A stretch of 64,000 nucleotides of DNA from Camelus dromedarius (Eukaryota): contig NC_087472.1 of NCBI RefSeq assembly GCF_036321535.1, positions 101,000,001-101,064,000 on the forward strand. Reading direction: 5' to 3'. Below the pieces are notes generated by a model that worked only from the letters and a program-made list of their open reading frames with translations, ran no database searches and was not told the DNA's origin. Below, one piece after another: positions 13,541 through 26,829 of the stretch (positions are counted from its first letter, which is position 1; every line of letters starts with the position of its first letter). Both the position numbers and the translations under genes were made by a program.

Positions 13541-14244
13541 AGATATATATCTCCTATAAGACATTATTAGATTATTTCATACAATCAGCATTTATTTTGA
13601 TTTATCCATCTATTTACCATTTTGTTAGCCTTCAATCCTTTTGGCATCTCTGGTCTTCCCTCTGGAATCATTTTTCTTCTGTCTAAAGAACTCACTTTAG
13701 TATTTACTTTAGTGCACGTCTTCAAGAAGCTCATTCTTCTAGTTTTTGTTTTTCTTCAGTCCTGAAGAATATTTTCAATGGGTATAGAATTTAAGGTTGG
13801 CAGTTATTCTATTTCAGCACATTGAAAATACCTGCCTTCCAGGTTTTTGCTTGCTTGTTTGTTCAAAAGTCATCCGTCAGTCTAGCCATTACTCCTTTGA
13901 AATGATCCATCTTCTTTTCTTTGGCTGCTTTTCAGATTGCCTCTTTGTCTTTGGTTTTCTGGAGTTTTGCTATGATGTGACTACTTTGAATTTCTTTTTA
14001 TTTATCCTGCTTAGGATTCACCAAGCTTTTAGAATTTATGGGCTGTTATCTTTCAATGAAAGATTTTCAGCCATTATCACTCAATAATACTTTTACCCCA
14101 TTCTCTCTCCTTTCTAGAATTATAATTAAATGTATGCTGGATCTTTTACACTGTCCTCCACCTCTCTTAAACTTGCCTCCATATTTTCTGTATTTTTGTC
14201 TCTCTGTGCTAAATTCTGGATAAATTCTTCTGAGTTTTACTCTA

Positions 14245-14425
14245 GACCTTTACTTTTTCTGTAAAGGGTCAAGTAGTAAATACTTTAGGTTTCATAGGGC
14301 ATGCAGTATCTGTCACAACTTCTCAACTCCACCATTTTAGCACAAAAGGAGCCATAGACTACACATAAAGGAATGGGCATGGCTGTGTTACAGTAAAACT
14401 ATTTACAAAACAGGCAAGGGGCCAA
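14245..14425 (+). mobile_element. hAT-Charlie MER58A-like DNA transposon
   Basis: tttttctgtaaagggtcaagtagtaaatactttagg...gccatagac...ggcatggctgtgtt...atttacaaaacagg. Confidence 0.75.
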
Positions 14426-15504
14426 CTTCTGTTTTATCTAATAAGTCTTTCTTTTACTGTGTCCAACCACTGCCCAAATTGAGCTTTTAATTTTTGTTAT
14501 TATATTTTCCATTTCTAAAGAATCTTTTTGTTATCCACTAAGTCTTTTTTATAATTTCCCTTTTTTTCTGGAGATAATTTCAAATGTATATATTCCTTTA
14601 AAGAAAGCGAGCATAGGTTTTTTAAATAATAAGGTCCAGATGACTACAATATCTGAAGCTGGTTTCTGTTGTTTCTTATTTATGGTGCCTTATTTCCTTG
14701 TGTGCTTGGTTATCTTTGACTGGGCACTGGTTAGTGCCCTGAACATTTATTTGTGGGAATTCCCTGATGATCTAAGATGACGGCAACTTCTTCTAGTGAG
14801 GATTTTTCTTTATTTTGCCTGAGGCTTAAGGGAACTAGGAGTCTAGTATTTGATGGCACTAAAATATATTCATGACTTGAGTTTTTTGTGGACAGCCCAG
14901 TGATGTGAATTTGGGCTGCAATTCCCTGCATGGGTCAACCTGCAGATGAAAGTTCTTTATCAAATTTTCTATCTGCCCCCTCCTTGTTCTTTCTGAGTCA
15001 GGGCAAGCATTACTGCAGGCTCCTAGAGGTAAGAGCAGTGGCAGACTTACTTCTGGTTCACTCTTGTTTCAGTTTATTGCGGCTAGGGTCTCCTATTGAA
15101 CTCCTCACCTTTGGCTCTCAAAATGAAATCCTTATTTTGCAACTTCGTTTTGTAATTTGCAGAACGCTTTTAGGGCAAAAGCAGCAAAAAGTACCCTGCT
15201 TACCTTTCGGGCTCCTTGATTTCTCTAAAATTTTCACCTGATTCTTACAATTTTGTCAACTTTTTTGATGCTTTTATGAAGTTTTAAAAGCAATATTTTA
15301 TCTAGAAATCATAGCTGTTTTTGTAAGAATTGTTCCAGGTAATATGATCTACCACAGCAGAAACTAGAAGCGCTCTTTTTTGTTTGTTTGTTTTCCAGAT
15401 TTACTCAGGGGAGGTCAAAAACTATCTTCTAAATGTAGAAACAAATTTTACAAAACTTTTAAAAAGTAAGATATAACATACACACACCAAAGTGCACAAA
15501 TCTT

Positions 15505-15614
15505 TGGCTTGTTGTTTTATTTTGTTTTTTCCTTAATGGAGGCACTGGGGATTGAACCCAGGACCTCGTGCACACCAGGCATGTGCTGTACCACTGAGCT
15601 ATACCCCCTACCCC
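15505..15614 (-). mobile_element. tRNA-Ala-derived camelid (Vic-type) SINE
   Basis: Reverse strand reads GGGGGTATAGCTCAGTGGT...GGTTCAATCCCCAG plus A-rich tail; 15-bp TSD AAGTGCACAAATCTT at 15490-15504 and 15615-15629. Confidence 0.88.
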
Positions 15615-15989
15615 AAGTGCACAAATCTTAAGTGTACAGCTTGATTAATTTTACCTATGTCTACACCCGTGTTACATACACAACCCAGATCAATATATAA
15701 GACGTTTCCAACACTTAGAAGAAGTCCCTCTCATGTCCTCAGTCAGTATCCCACAACCCAAGGGTAACTACTATTCTGACTGCTGGAACTATAGATTAGT
15801 TTTGCCAAAAAGAAAAAAAATTAAAAAGAAAAAACCTAAATATTTCTAAAAATTTAGTTACCTAAGTACAGTGGAGTTTTCTCAGGCTTTGATTGGTGGC
15901 CAAAGCCTCCTACTTGCAATCCCAAGCTTATCCTGTTTCTTGTCTAGCTTCCCTTCTTCACATATCTAAGTTTAGATGAACACCAATGA

Positions 15990-16610
15990 CCCAGTTATTA
16001 ATTTATTGATTCTTGGCTCCAAACCTAACCTTTTTCCCACTTTGTAGTACTGGAGCCGGTCTCTGCAAACCCTATTTTCTGCTTTGACAGCTGGCTCCAT
16101 GATAGGCTCTGCCAATAGGGGGCGCCAGAGGACTTTCTTGCTTCTTGTTTGCTTATTTGTTTCTTCTTCCCACTGCTGCTATGGGCTTGATTGGCTGGAT
16201 GTGCAACTGGTCCCTACAGCGTTCTCTGTGCAGTGGGCTGTTCTTACAGATCTGCCCAGCCGCTTCCAGTGGGTTTCTTCCTCACTCTGTCAATGGATAA
16301 TGTGTTCCTGCAGCAGTCGCGCCATCTCCTAGAGGTCTGAATCTCATCTCTTCGGGAATGACAGTGGCGGGGGTGGGGGGAGGGGGGAGGTCTCCTCAAA
16401 TTTTCTAAGTTCCTTCTTTGTTTTATTTCCCCTCAGCCCTGGAAGTGGGCAGCCTCTTTCCGCAGTAGTTTTTTTCTGTTACACTTTAGAGTTCTCTAGA
16501 TTCCAGTAGTTAACCACCCTTTGTCTAGTTGACAATCCTTTGTATTCAATTTTCCCTGTTCAAATCGTTGGTGTGGTTCCTGTTTCCTGATGGGACCCTG
16601 GTTCTGATTG
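15990..16610 (+). mobile_element. ERVL LTR (LTR41-like) carrying CTCF-like motifs
   Basis: gattcttggctccaaacc...ggctctgccaatagggggcgccagagg...attcaattttccctgttcaaat. Confidence 0.6.
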
Positions 16611-16769
16611 ATCCTTCCCTCCTTTCTCTATATCCCTCCCTCATAAATCTCCCTCCAATTCGTGACTTTCAAATTTATACCCTATCTATACCTTTCTGTA
16701 AGATTCCAGTTTAGCATAATCAGTTGTAAACTGGCTCTGATTTTCTTTCACCACCTACTGCTTCTGCTT

Positions 16770-17655
16770 TGATATTGTGATTTAATTTATATATATATAT
16801 ATATGTATATATATACATATATATATATATAAAATATATATATTTGGTCTTCGATCCCATTCCTGGCACAGAGCTCCTACAACCTTTGGAATCTCCTGTG
16901 ATAAGAACTTATGGTTCTTTTGTTATGCTCTTGAGGAGACTTAGGTAACAAGGATGAGGGCTAGTTCCAGGGGAACTAACCCTGTGATTAGAAGGCTGGA
17001 ATGTTCAGTACCCCTGCCCACTAAGCTCTGAAGAGGGAAGAGGGGCTGGAGGTTCAATCAATGACCAATGGTCAATGATTTAATCAATCATGACTATGTC
17101 ATAAAGCCTCCATAAAAACCAAAAAGGATGGGGTTTGGAGAGCTTCTGGGTTGGTGAACACGTGGAGATTTGGGGAGAGTGGCGTGCCCGGAGGGTGCAT
17201 AAAAGCTGTGTGCCCTTTCCTCAGACCTTGCCCTGTACATCTCTTCCATCTGCTTTTCCTGAGTTACATTCTTTTATAATAAACTGTAAAAGTAAAATGT
17301 TTCTCTGAGTTTGTGAGCTGCTAGCAAATTAATTGAACCTGAGGAGGAGATCTGGGAACCTCCTGTCTATACCCAGTCAATCAGAAGTACAGGTAGCAGC
17401 TTGCACTTACAGTTGGCATCTTGAGTTGGAGGGGGTTGTCGGAACCTCCAATTTGTAGTCAGTCAGTCAGAAGCACAGGTGATAATCTGGACTTGAGACT
17501 TGTAGGAGTGAATCCTGAACCTGTGGAATCGATGAATCAGTTTGTCAGAATTGAGTTGAATCGTAGGATGCACAGCTGGTGTCAGAGCATTGTTTGTTGG
17601 TGTTGGGGGAGCCTCCCTACTCACACTGAAATTGGCAACCAGAACCCCAACTATG
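16770..17655 (+). mobile_element. MER21-like LTR with internal (TA)n at ~16788-16841
   Basis: tgatattgtgat...atatatttggtctt...ttcctggcacagagctcct...tttggagagcttctgggttggtgaacacgtggag. Confidence 0.75.
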
Positions 17656-20089
17656 TGCAGTCTGTATTTCTGTCAAATATACAGTACCATCCTCCTGGTT
17701 CACAAGTCAGAAACCTAAGTCATCTAGAATACTGAAGCCAAAAAAAGAGGGAAGTATCAGTTATAGCATCCTATCTTTTAATTCTACCTCCTCTACAACA
17801 ATCTTGTAATTGTTTCTCCCTTCCCCTTCCCACTGTAATTGTCTTAAGTCGGATACTCATTACAGGTCTCCTGTATATATAGGCTCTACATATACTTCAG
17901 ATACATTACTTTATACCTGGAGAAATGCATTATTCTCCTCAAAAACCTAATCACATCATTCTCCTCAAAAACCTATAGTGACTCCCCATTTTCTAGTGAA
18001 TAACATCCAAACTCCTTTGCCTGACATTCAAGGCCCTCCACGGAACGGAATCGCCTGCTTTTCACATTCACTTTACTCTATACTCTTTGCTTCAGCCAAA
18101 CTGAACTACTTGCTGTTTCCTATGCATCTCTCAGATTTCCTCACCTTTGTGTTTTTGCCTGAAAAAGCCCTTTGGAGCTTCCTTATGACGTTTACCCTAA
18201 TGCATCCTCCTGTCTAGAAGGAATCCCTCTCTTCCTTCGCTTAACTCTCTAAACACTTGACCTGTACACCTGTTCCAGTATCTACAGTCATATGCCAGTA
18301 TTCAGTGGGGGCAGGGGCAGTTATACCTGGCTGGCTGGGAGACGAGACATGGAACTGGCCTCTCCCTAGCTGTGGACAACAGTTTGGGGGAGCTAGAAAG
18401 ACAGTGAGGGTGGACATAGGAAGGGGCTTGGGGTCTAAGAGCAAATTACCTCTGAGTCACAGACAGAAACAGGGGATAGGAGACCCAGGATGAAGTACCC
18501 AGCATCCTCAATAAGCCACAGTTCGAAAGTGTAGATATGTGGCATCAGAGAGCATCTTCAAGAAGAACAAGGCACCATCTAGTAGCTACAGTTTGGGGGC
18601 AGTTCCCTAGTTCTTGCAAGGACCCCAGGCCAAAGAAAAGATATTATACTGTGAAAGTTACTAGAACCAAAAATGAGGAGGAGAGACCAAGATAGAATTT
18701 GATGATAAGGTATGGAGCCCTCAGTAGGTGCCTGAGATGTTAAGCAAGTTTCTAGAACAGGAACAAAGTCAGAATCTTGGATATAAGAATTAAGGTGCCA
18801 GGTCAGAACCAAATGGTGAGGAAAGGCAGCTGGGTACTTATGTCCAGCCTTACAGGTGGCTGGAGTCTGTTAAATATTTCCTGCCTTGGGTCATATTCAT
18901 CCTGGAATCTGGATCAGTGTTATTTTATACGTGCGGGCAATACCTGACACATGACTTTCTCCCTTGTAATTATTTCTGCTGTATATATGTCACCTCCTCC
19001 ACTGGTCTGCATGTTCCTGAGGCAAGGGCTTTCTCTGGTTCACCTTATTATATTTCTCATTGTACCTAATTCATTGTACCTAATGTAGTGAAAGTGGCAG
19101 GTAAATATTTGTTGAGTGAATAAAGGAACAGACCTGGCTATCTGAAGTGAAGAAATAGGGACTGGAGTGTGGTTTTTGGGGATGGAGAAGGAGCTGTGGA
19201 TTCAAAATGCATAGACTTGCACAGGCAATGAGATGAGATGAGATGCCAGGACCAGTGAAGTGTGAGAGAGATGCTAGGCTGGAGCAGGGTAAGCTGGGCT
19301 GAGGGGATGGAAACCCTATTCTGGCAATGAGGGGAGAGAAGGAGAGTTGTGGGAGGTCCCCTGGGTAGCTATTTGTACGAAGGAGGTTATACATGTAGAG
19401 GTTATATATATGCAAAGAGAGAGATAGAGACAGACAGGCCAGAGAGTGGCTGAAAGTAGAAACTTACTAAAAACGTAAATTAGGAGATAATTATATACAC
19501 ATCACAGTGGTTATTTACCCTACAGAAAGATTTGTTATACGGTTGCTATTAAAAATAAAAATAGCTATAAAAGACAAGATCTAGTAAGACATTTGGAATT
19601 TGATCCCATTCTACTGGCAAAAAAATTTCTGTGTATGGTTTTTCAGAAATACATCCACAGGTTCAAGTAAGTAAATGCTGTATTATTTTCCCATTTTCTT
19701 TAATTATGAAATATTTTATATGATATAAATTTTTACTGGACCTTAGGAACACAGATTTGGATTAATTTTAATCCTTGGTTCAGGACTATCCTCATCATTA
19801 GCCCGTTTATGACACTTTCTAACTACTACGTCTGTCTGTCTATCTATCCAGCTATCTAATTAAATTTACAATTAAGTAAGTACTAGTGGACCTACCATCT
19901 AATATGAAAACTAGGACTTATACAAAAATAAGCATTCAATTATGTGGTCTTCAGTCATTTCATTACTCTGTTTCTTCTGAGCTGAGATAACCATTGGAAT
20001 CCTGTGTCAGTCATTCTCTTGCTTTCCTTGATCTCATCTATATTCAGACCTAAAAGTCCATTTAAAATTTTAGTTGTTTTTAACTTATT

Positions 20090-20229
20090 TTAATTTTTTT
20101 TCTAATTTTTGGGATTTTTGGTGGGGTGATTAAATTTATTTATTCGTTTTAACAGAGGTACTGGGGATTGAACCCAGGACCTTGTGCATGCTAAGCAGGC
20201 ACTCTACCACTGAGCTATACCCTCCTCCC
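20090..20229 (-). mobile_element. Vic-type tRNA-derived SINE
   Basis: gaggtactggggattgaacccaggaccttgtgcatgctaagc...actgagctataccc; imperfect TSD aactta(t/c)tttaa. Confidence 0.85.
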
Positions 20230-20237
20230 AACTTACT

Positions 20238-21560
20238 TTAATTTTTATTGAAGTATAGTTGATGTACAATGTTGTGTTAGTTTCTGGTGTACAACATAGT
20301 GATTCAGTTATAAGTATATATTCTTTTTCCATATTCTTTTTCATTATAGATTATTACAAGATATTGAATGTAGTTCCCTGTGCTATACAGTAGGACCTTG
20401 CTGCTTATTTTATTTTTTATTTTTTTAAATTGAAGTATAGTTGATTTACAATGTTGTGTTAGTTTCTGGTGTACAATATAGTGTCAGTCATACATACATA
20501 CATATTCTTTTTCATTATAGGTTACTACAAATATTAAATATGGTTCTCTGGACCTTGTTGTTTATCTATTTTATATATGGTAATGTGTATTTGCTAATCA
20601 CCCATGCCTAATTTATCCCTCCCCCATTTTCCCCTTTGGTAACCATCAGTTTGTTTTCTATGTCTGTGAGTCTGTTTCTGTTGTGTAAATAAATTCACTT
20701 GTATCATTTTTTTAGGTTCCACATATAAGTGATATCATATGATATTTGTCTTAACTGACTTAATTCATTTAGTATGATAATCTCTAGATTCATACATGTT
20801 GCTGCAAATGGCATTATATCATTCTTTATTATGGCTGAGTAATATTCCATTGCATATATATAACACAATTCTTTATCCATTCTTCTGTCAGTAAACATTT
20901 AGGTTGCTTCCATGTCTTGGCTATTGTAAATAGTGCTGCTATGAACATTGGGGTGCATGCATCTTTTTGAATTAGAGTTTTCATCTTTTCTGGATATATG
21001 CCTAGGAGTGGGACTGCTGGATCACATGGTAGCTCTATTTGTAGTTTTTTAAGGAACCTCCATTCTGTTTTCCATAGTGGCTGTACCAACGGTGTAGGAG
21101 GGTTCCCTTTTCTCCACACCCTCTCCAGCATTTATTATTTGTAGACTTTTTGATGATGGCCATTCTGACTGGTGTGAGGTGATACCTCATGGTAGTTTTG
21201 ATTTGCATTTTTCTAATAATTAGCGATGTTGAGTATCTCTTCATGTACCTGTTGGCCATCTGTATGTCTTCTCTGGAGAAATGTCTGTTTAGGTCTTCTG
21301 CCCATTTTTGGATTGGGTTGTTTGTATTTTGATATTGAGCTGTGTAAGCTATTCATATATTTTGGAATTAATCCCTTGTCAGTCGCAACATTTTGAAATA
21401 TTTTCTCCCATTCTGTAAGTTGTCTTTTTGTTTTGTTTATGACTTCCTTTGCTGTACAAAAGCTTTTAAGTTTAATTAGGTCCCATTTGTTTATTTTTGC
21501 TTTTGTTTCTATTACTCTATGAGATGGATCCAAAAAAATACTGCTGCTATTTATGTCAAT
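20238..21560 (-). mobile_element. Two stacked L1 3' ends; the longer carries the ORF2 C-terminal remnant
   Basis: ttgaagtatagttgat..acaatgttgtgttagtttctggtgtacaa occurs at ~20248 and ~20430. ORFs 21533-21213, 21259-21035 and 21131-20829 (-) are frameshifted L1 ORF2 ([32 protein letters not shown]). Confidence 0.9.
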
Positions 21561-22436
21561 GGGGAAAACTGACTGACTATATGAATCATTTCTAAGTGTT
21601 GTGTTGTTTTAAGAACAACTTTCAGCTTTGCTAGTCTCCATTCTTTGTTTTTCAGTTCATTGATAGTTGTATTTATTTTTTATTTTCTTCCACTTTCCTT
21701 GGATTTAGTCTTTCTTTTTTTAACTTCTTAAGTTGGACAGTTAACTAACTAATTTTAAGCCTTTCCTCTTTTTTACTCTAGGCATGTAGGGCTATAAAAT
21801 TTGTTATAAAGCATAACAATAAAATTAATATCTTGGAAACAACCACCTTTTGTTTTCTGATTCTGAACACTTCCCTTTCACATTTTCCTTATTAATAGCA
21901 TATTTTGACACTTCTCTTTTTATTACCCATTCCTTACCTCTTTAAGACTGTTATTTCTTCATGGGCAGGTATTCTTATGTCTGGGGGTTTCTTACCTGCT
22001 GTTGTTGCTGTTAAAATACTGTGACTTTGTTTTATCTGGATCTCATTATTGGTTAATTTGAGTCAACAAGTGTATATTTTCGGGGAGGAGTCATAGGCTC
22101 CAAAAAATTAGAAAAGCTCATTTTTAATCCTCAAGGAACTAATCACTTTATTCAGAAAGCCAAGACATAAAAAAGTAGATAAAACATAACAAAACCAAAA
22201 AAGGTACCATATAGAATTCTGCCTGATTATATAACATAGAAATTGGCAAAATAGCCAAAACCTTCTATCAGTACTTCTTGTTTAGCTCATGGAATACAGA
22301 ATAAACTCTTTAGCTGTGTTTCTAAACTGCATAGATTGTTAGATTTACTTTTAATGCCATTTCATTTTACTTCTATTTAAAGATCGAATATCCAATTTTA
22401 AGACCAGAAGTAGTTCTGAGATCAAGTAATTTATAG

Positions 22437-23037
22437 CAGTAGTTCTTAGCCTTGGCTGCCCATCAGAATCCTGGAGAGTTTTGAAAAACTATCAATGGCT
22501 ATTCCAGAGTAATAAGAATTACTTAGAGTGCTTGTTAAACATACAGATTCCAAGAACCTGCTCTGAAGAGTCAAATGTAGTAGATCTAGAGCAAGGCCCT
22601 GGACTCTGAATGATTCCTGAGTGCACCAGGTGATTCTTATGATCAAGCCAGGTCTGGGAAATGCTGATTTAGACCAATGCTCCTCAAATTTTAATATGCA
22701 CTCAAATCACCTGGGCATCTTATTAATGTGAAGATTCTGATTCAGAGTATTTGGTGTGGGGCATGAGATTCTGTCTTTTCAACAAGCTCTCACATGCTGA
22801 AGCTGCTGGTCCACACTTTGAATAGTAAAGATTTAGAACAACTCTGTTCAATAGAATTTTATTTAAGATGGAAATGTTCTGCACTGTCAATATGACAGCC
22901 ACTAACCACATGTGGTTATATGGCACTTGAAATGAGGCTAGTGTGACTGAGGGACTGAATTTGTAATTTCATCTCATTTTTATTAATTCAATTCAGAATA
23001 GCTACATGTGGCTAGTAACTACCATACTGAACGCCAG
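22437..23037. mobile_element. Cluster of hAT-Charlie MITEs (MER5A/MER5B-like, MER5A1-like 22675-22830, MER3-like 22839-23037)
   Basis: Recognisable MER5 and MER3 text separated by 8-bp ATTTAGA(C/A) target duplications. Confidence 0.7.
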
Positions 23038-24409
23038 ATTTAGAACAAACATCCTTCAGGATAACTTGCTGTAAGAACTCTAGAATCATTTCAAGTTAGT
23101 AAGTTATACTGGTGTGTCAGACCTTTGCTTTAGAAATCAGCATTCTCCTATAGTAAAAACTATGGGTGTATATTATTCCTGGAAGTCATGTTGTCTTTAT
23201 AGTATGCTTTCTAGGAAATTTTCATTTATCTCATCCTCTGCAATTTGGCTACTAAAGTTTGTTTCTCATTTACAAAGTTTTCCAAAGTCATCAACATTTA
23301 ATAAAGGGAGTTAGGATAACTTATTATTGAAATATTTGTTGTTGAAAAATCTCCCCCTAAAATAATCCTGAATGTCCAATTCAGAAATAGTAAAACATAT
23401 TTGGGACTGTTGGCAACTCTATTTACCAAGGATTTAAAATACTTAAGGCTGTTCACACGAAAAAACATTTGCAGTCATTTCCTTAGAGAGACAGCCAGAA
23501 AGCTGGCCCATCGTGCACTGCCAAAACGTTTTATGAAAATTTTGAGCTTGACTGTTATTTGTGGAAACTTGCTAGCAAATGAGTGGATGACAAGGACCTG
23601 ATTGTTCATGATGCTAAACCTTTAACGTGTTGTTTCGTGCTTTGGAAGTTCGTGGACTTAGGCTTGTTATTTTTTTTTCCCCTTTTCCTAGCCGACACTA
23701 TTTAATAAAAAAGGTTTGCATGCTGTGGGTTTACACAAAGCATCCCACAAAACCACAACTTTCCATCTTCTTTTCTCAGGCACCTGGGTTGAGGTTCCCA
23801 GCACTAGAGGGGAGAAGAAAGGCCATTGAGAGTACTGTGCTATTCGAGGTGTTCTGGACCCTGGGCTTTAGACCATGTGGCTGACTGACTCCCTCCCTCT
23901 AGGTGCCTAGAGGCAAGGTTTGGAAGGACAACTTGCTGGGAATGTGTGAAGGAGAGTTTGGTGGAAATTTCCAAAAGCCAGGAGCTAAAGAACTTCTTTA
24001 AGAAAAGGAGGAAAATGCTCTCAGTGAATTTTATGTAAATTTCTAATTTCACTGTGTCCTATATGCAAAGTTTACAGGATTATCATGAAGGGTTATTTTT
24101 ATTTATTTACATAAACACATAAAAGTCCATTTACTCAACAAGTGAATACCTATTGGTGCCTATAATTGATATGTAACTTCAATGATAGCCTTTACCATTA
24201 AGATCACTTGTTTATTTGTCTGCAGATTGTATGTATCTAGCACAGAACCTGTGTGTAGTAGGCTCAGTAGATACTTCCTTCCTGAATGAGGAATGAATAT
24301 GCCCAGGTTATCATGCAGATGGATTACAATGCCAGATGCTGGCTTTAGACCAGCTCCAGAGGGGCTTATGGCTGGCTGGTGGGGTTGTTTTCCACTCACT
24401 TTTAGAGCT

Positions 24410-25007
24410 TGTTGTTTTCTATGTCTGTGAATCTGTTTCTGTTTTGTAAATAAGTTCATTTGTGTAATTTTTTAGATTCCACATATAAGTGATATCATAC
24501 GGTATTTTTCTTTCTCTTTCTGGATTACTTAGAATGATGATCTCCAGGTCCATCCATGTTGCAGCAAATGGCATTTTATATATATATATATATATATATT
24601 TAATGTCTGAGTAGTATTCCATTGTGTGTGTGTATATATATATCACATCTTCTTTATCCAGTCATCTGTCGATGGACATTTAGGTTGTTTCCATGTCTTG
24701 GCTATTGTAAATAGTGCTGCTATGAACATTGGGGTGCATGTATCTTTTCGAATTAGAGTTCCCTCCAGATATATGCCCAGGGGCGGGATTGCTGGATCAT
24801 ATGGTAAGTCTATTTTTAGTTTTTTAAGGAACTTCCATACTGTTTTCTGTAGTGGCTGCACCAAACTACTTTCCCACCAACAGTGTAGGAGGGTTCCTTT
24901 TTCTCCACACTCTCTCCAGCATTTACCATTTGTGGACTTTTGGATGATGGCCATTCTGAATGATGTGAGGTGATACCTCATTGTAGTTTTGATTTGCATT
25001 TCTCTGA
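24410..25007 (-). mobile_element. L1 fragment (ORF2 C-terminus, lacks terminal 3' UTR)
   Basis: ORF 25053-24643 (-) [12 protein letters not shown]...[17 protein letters not shown]...[20 protein letters not shown]. Confidence 0.9.
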
Positions 25008-25162
25008 TAAAAAAAAAACTAGTAAACGTTTTAATTAAATGTTCAAAGGACATTATGTCAGTTGGTCAACTGCAATTCCATTCATTTAGTTATACAGTAT
25101 TATATGGGGACATCTAAAAATGGTTGATATGATGAAAGGCGTTACAGGAGATCCTAGTTCTT

Positions 25163-25238
25163 CTTTTTTGTATGTATTTATTTTTATTGAAGTATAGTCA
25201 GTTTACAATGCTGTGTCAATTTCTGGTGTACAGCATAA
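25163..25238 (-). mobile_element. Very short L1 3'-end insertion
   Basis: ttattgaagtatagtcagtttacaatg... bounded by TSD CCTAGTTCTT (25153-25162, 25239-25248). Confidence 0.8.
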
Positions 25239-26829
25239 CCTAGTTCTTTTGAAGACCCTCTCCCTCTCCCTCTGCCTCTTACTCTCTCACTCTCTTTCTG
25301 GATTGGGTATAAACTCCAGAGTGTTCAGTTTGTTTTATTCATCTTGGTATCCCCACCTCTAGCAGAGCCATATATGACAAGCATTCAATAATGTTGATGT
25401 TTGGTGTTTGAATGAAAGACTAGTCAATGTAATAATGGCCAAGTGTAGTGCATAATGTTCATTGAGGTTATGCCAGTTTTCACAGCATATAAAATACTTG
25501 GCCAAAGTCAGCTTAGATCTCATACATTTTGTTGGTAAAAGGTGAATTTATGTTTTTTAAAAAGTGTGGGGATCCATTAAGGGAAGACCCTGTAGTTTTC
25601 TGATAGATCTGAGTAGCACTTTCTCATCTAAGATTTTATTATCCCCATTTTTAAAATGAAAAAAGTTGAGGCATGGAAAGATTCTAAAGAAATCCAGTTA
25701 GTGGATGATAGACTAGGAATTCAGGACAAGAGCTCTGACCTCCTGATGTGGCTCTGTCCTTTGAAAAGACATAGCCTTCCTGTTAGACTGGCATCTCTTT
25801 CTTCATATCACACACTTCTCTTATATTTTTCCACGGAAGCTGCTATTTCGAAGTTAGGAAAAGAGATTTATTTTAATCAACAATAACAGTACTAAAAACG
25901 ATTTATATCTTGCTGATATGTGCTCTTGGTTTAATGGGGGAAAAGGGACAATTTGTTAGAAACAAGGATCTGAAGATGTTTGTAAGCTCAGTTACTATTT
26001 TAATTAATTTATTAGTAATCTAATACCTACCATATGGACTTTTTCATTGAGATGAAAATACGCATGGTAAATTTACCAAGAATATCTTGGATCTCTGGTC
26101 TCTGCCAGGCTTAGTTAAGCTTCTGTTTTAGAAAGAAAGGAGTGCATGAAGTGGGAAAACTAGAGGAGGTCTTTACTGATTATCCAAAAACTTGAACTTT
26201 ACATACACAAATAATAGTTTCAATATAAGTATGCATGCTAATGGAAAACTAGATTAAACCTGCTTATGTAGGAAAGAAGATCATCTTTTCTTTCTGATGG
26301 ACTAATATTAAATTCTAAAGAAAGTTACAAAAGGAAGTAATCAAACACACTGAGATACAGGAGTATTTTTCATTGGATTTGGATGACGGATCTGGCTAGG
26401 GATGATGGATCTTCTTTAAAGGTTGTCACAGTTTTGGGGCTGAGTCAGGAGAACTATAGGAGCAAACCCACAGAAGCAAATCTGAGACTTGAAAAATAAT
26501 CATGAAAATTTGGATTTTACTCAGTTCAAATTGTCTCCTCATTTTCATGTTTTCTAGTCAAAATTAATTGAATGTCATAATAATAGATATAAATTCACCC
26601 ATTCATCTATTCACTCATTCAACAAATATTTACCAAATCCCTACTGTGTGCAAGACAATTCCATATAACATAAAAGAAACTGATGTTCCAACCTATGCTA
26701 ACATCATTAAAAAGCAGTCTTGACTTTATTTTGGCAAAGGAGGGAAAAGCACGGTATAAGCAAATAAAAGAATTTTCATTGAATGTTTATATATATAATT
26801 TATAATGAAATCTAAGATTGATGACAAGG

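Larger units (their letters stand above)
11950..15370 (-). mobile_element. Old L1 (L1ME-like) fragments with nested elements
   Basis: Antisense L1 3'/ORF2-like text (cccaccaacagtgtatgagagttcc; ttaatttgcatttccctgatt) and T-rich L1 body. Confidence 0.6.

Noticed and set aside
15535..15612. tRNA-Ala genes (also ~20155, ~34810, ~59440)
   Set aside because: They have diverged stems, AT-rich tails and TSDs, so they are SINE copies rather than functional tRNAs.
17932..17975. 18-bp direct repeat ATTCTCCTCAAAAACCTA with 8-bp spacer
   Set aside because: A simple local duplication inside an L2 relic; only two units, not an array or CRISPR-like structure.
24410..25020. Twin-priming (5'-inverted) L1, suggested by an antisense fragment ending in an A-run
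   Set aside because: No TSD and no sense 3' UTR segment are visible.
20704..25053. Protein-like ORFs ([33 protein letters not shown]; also ~10008 and ~46117)
   Set aside because: Frameshifted, 5'-truncated L1 ORF2 remnants, not host genes.
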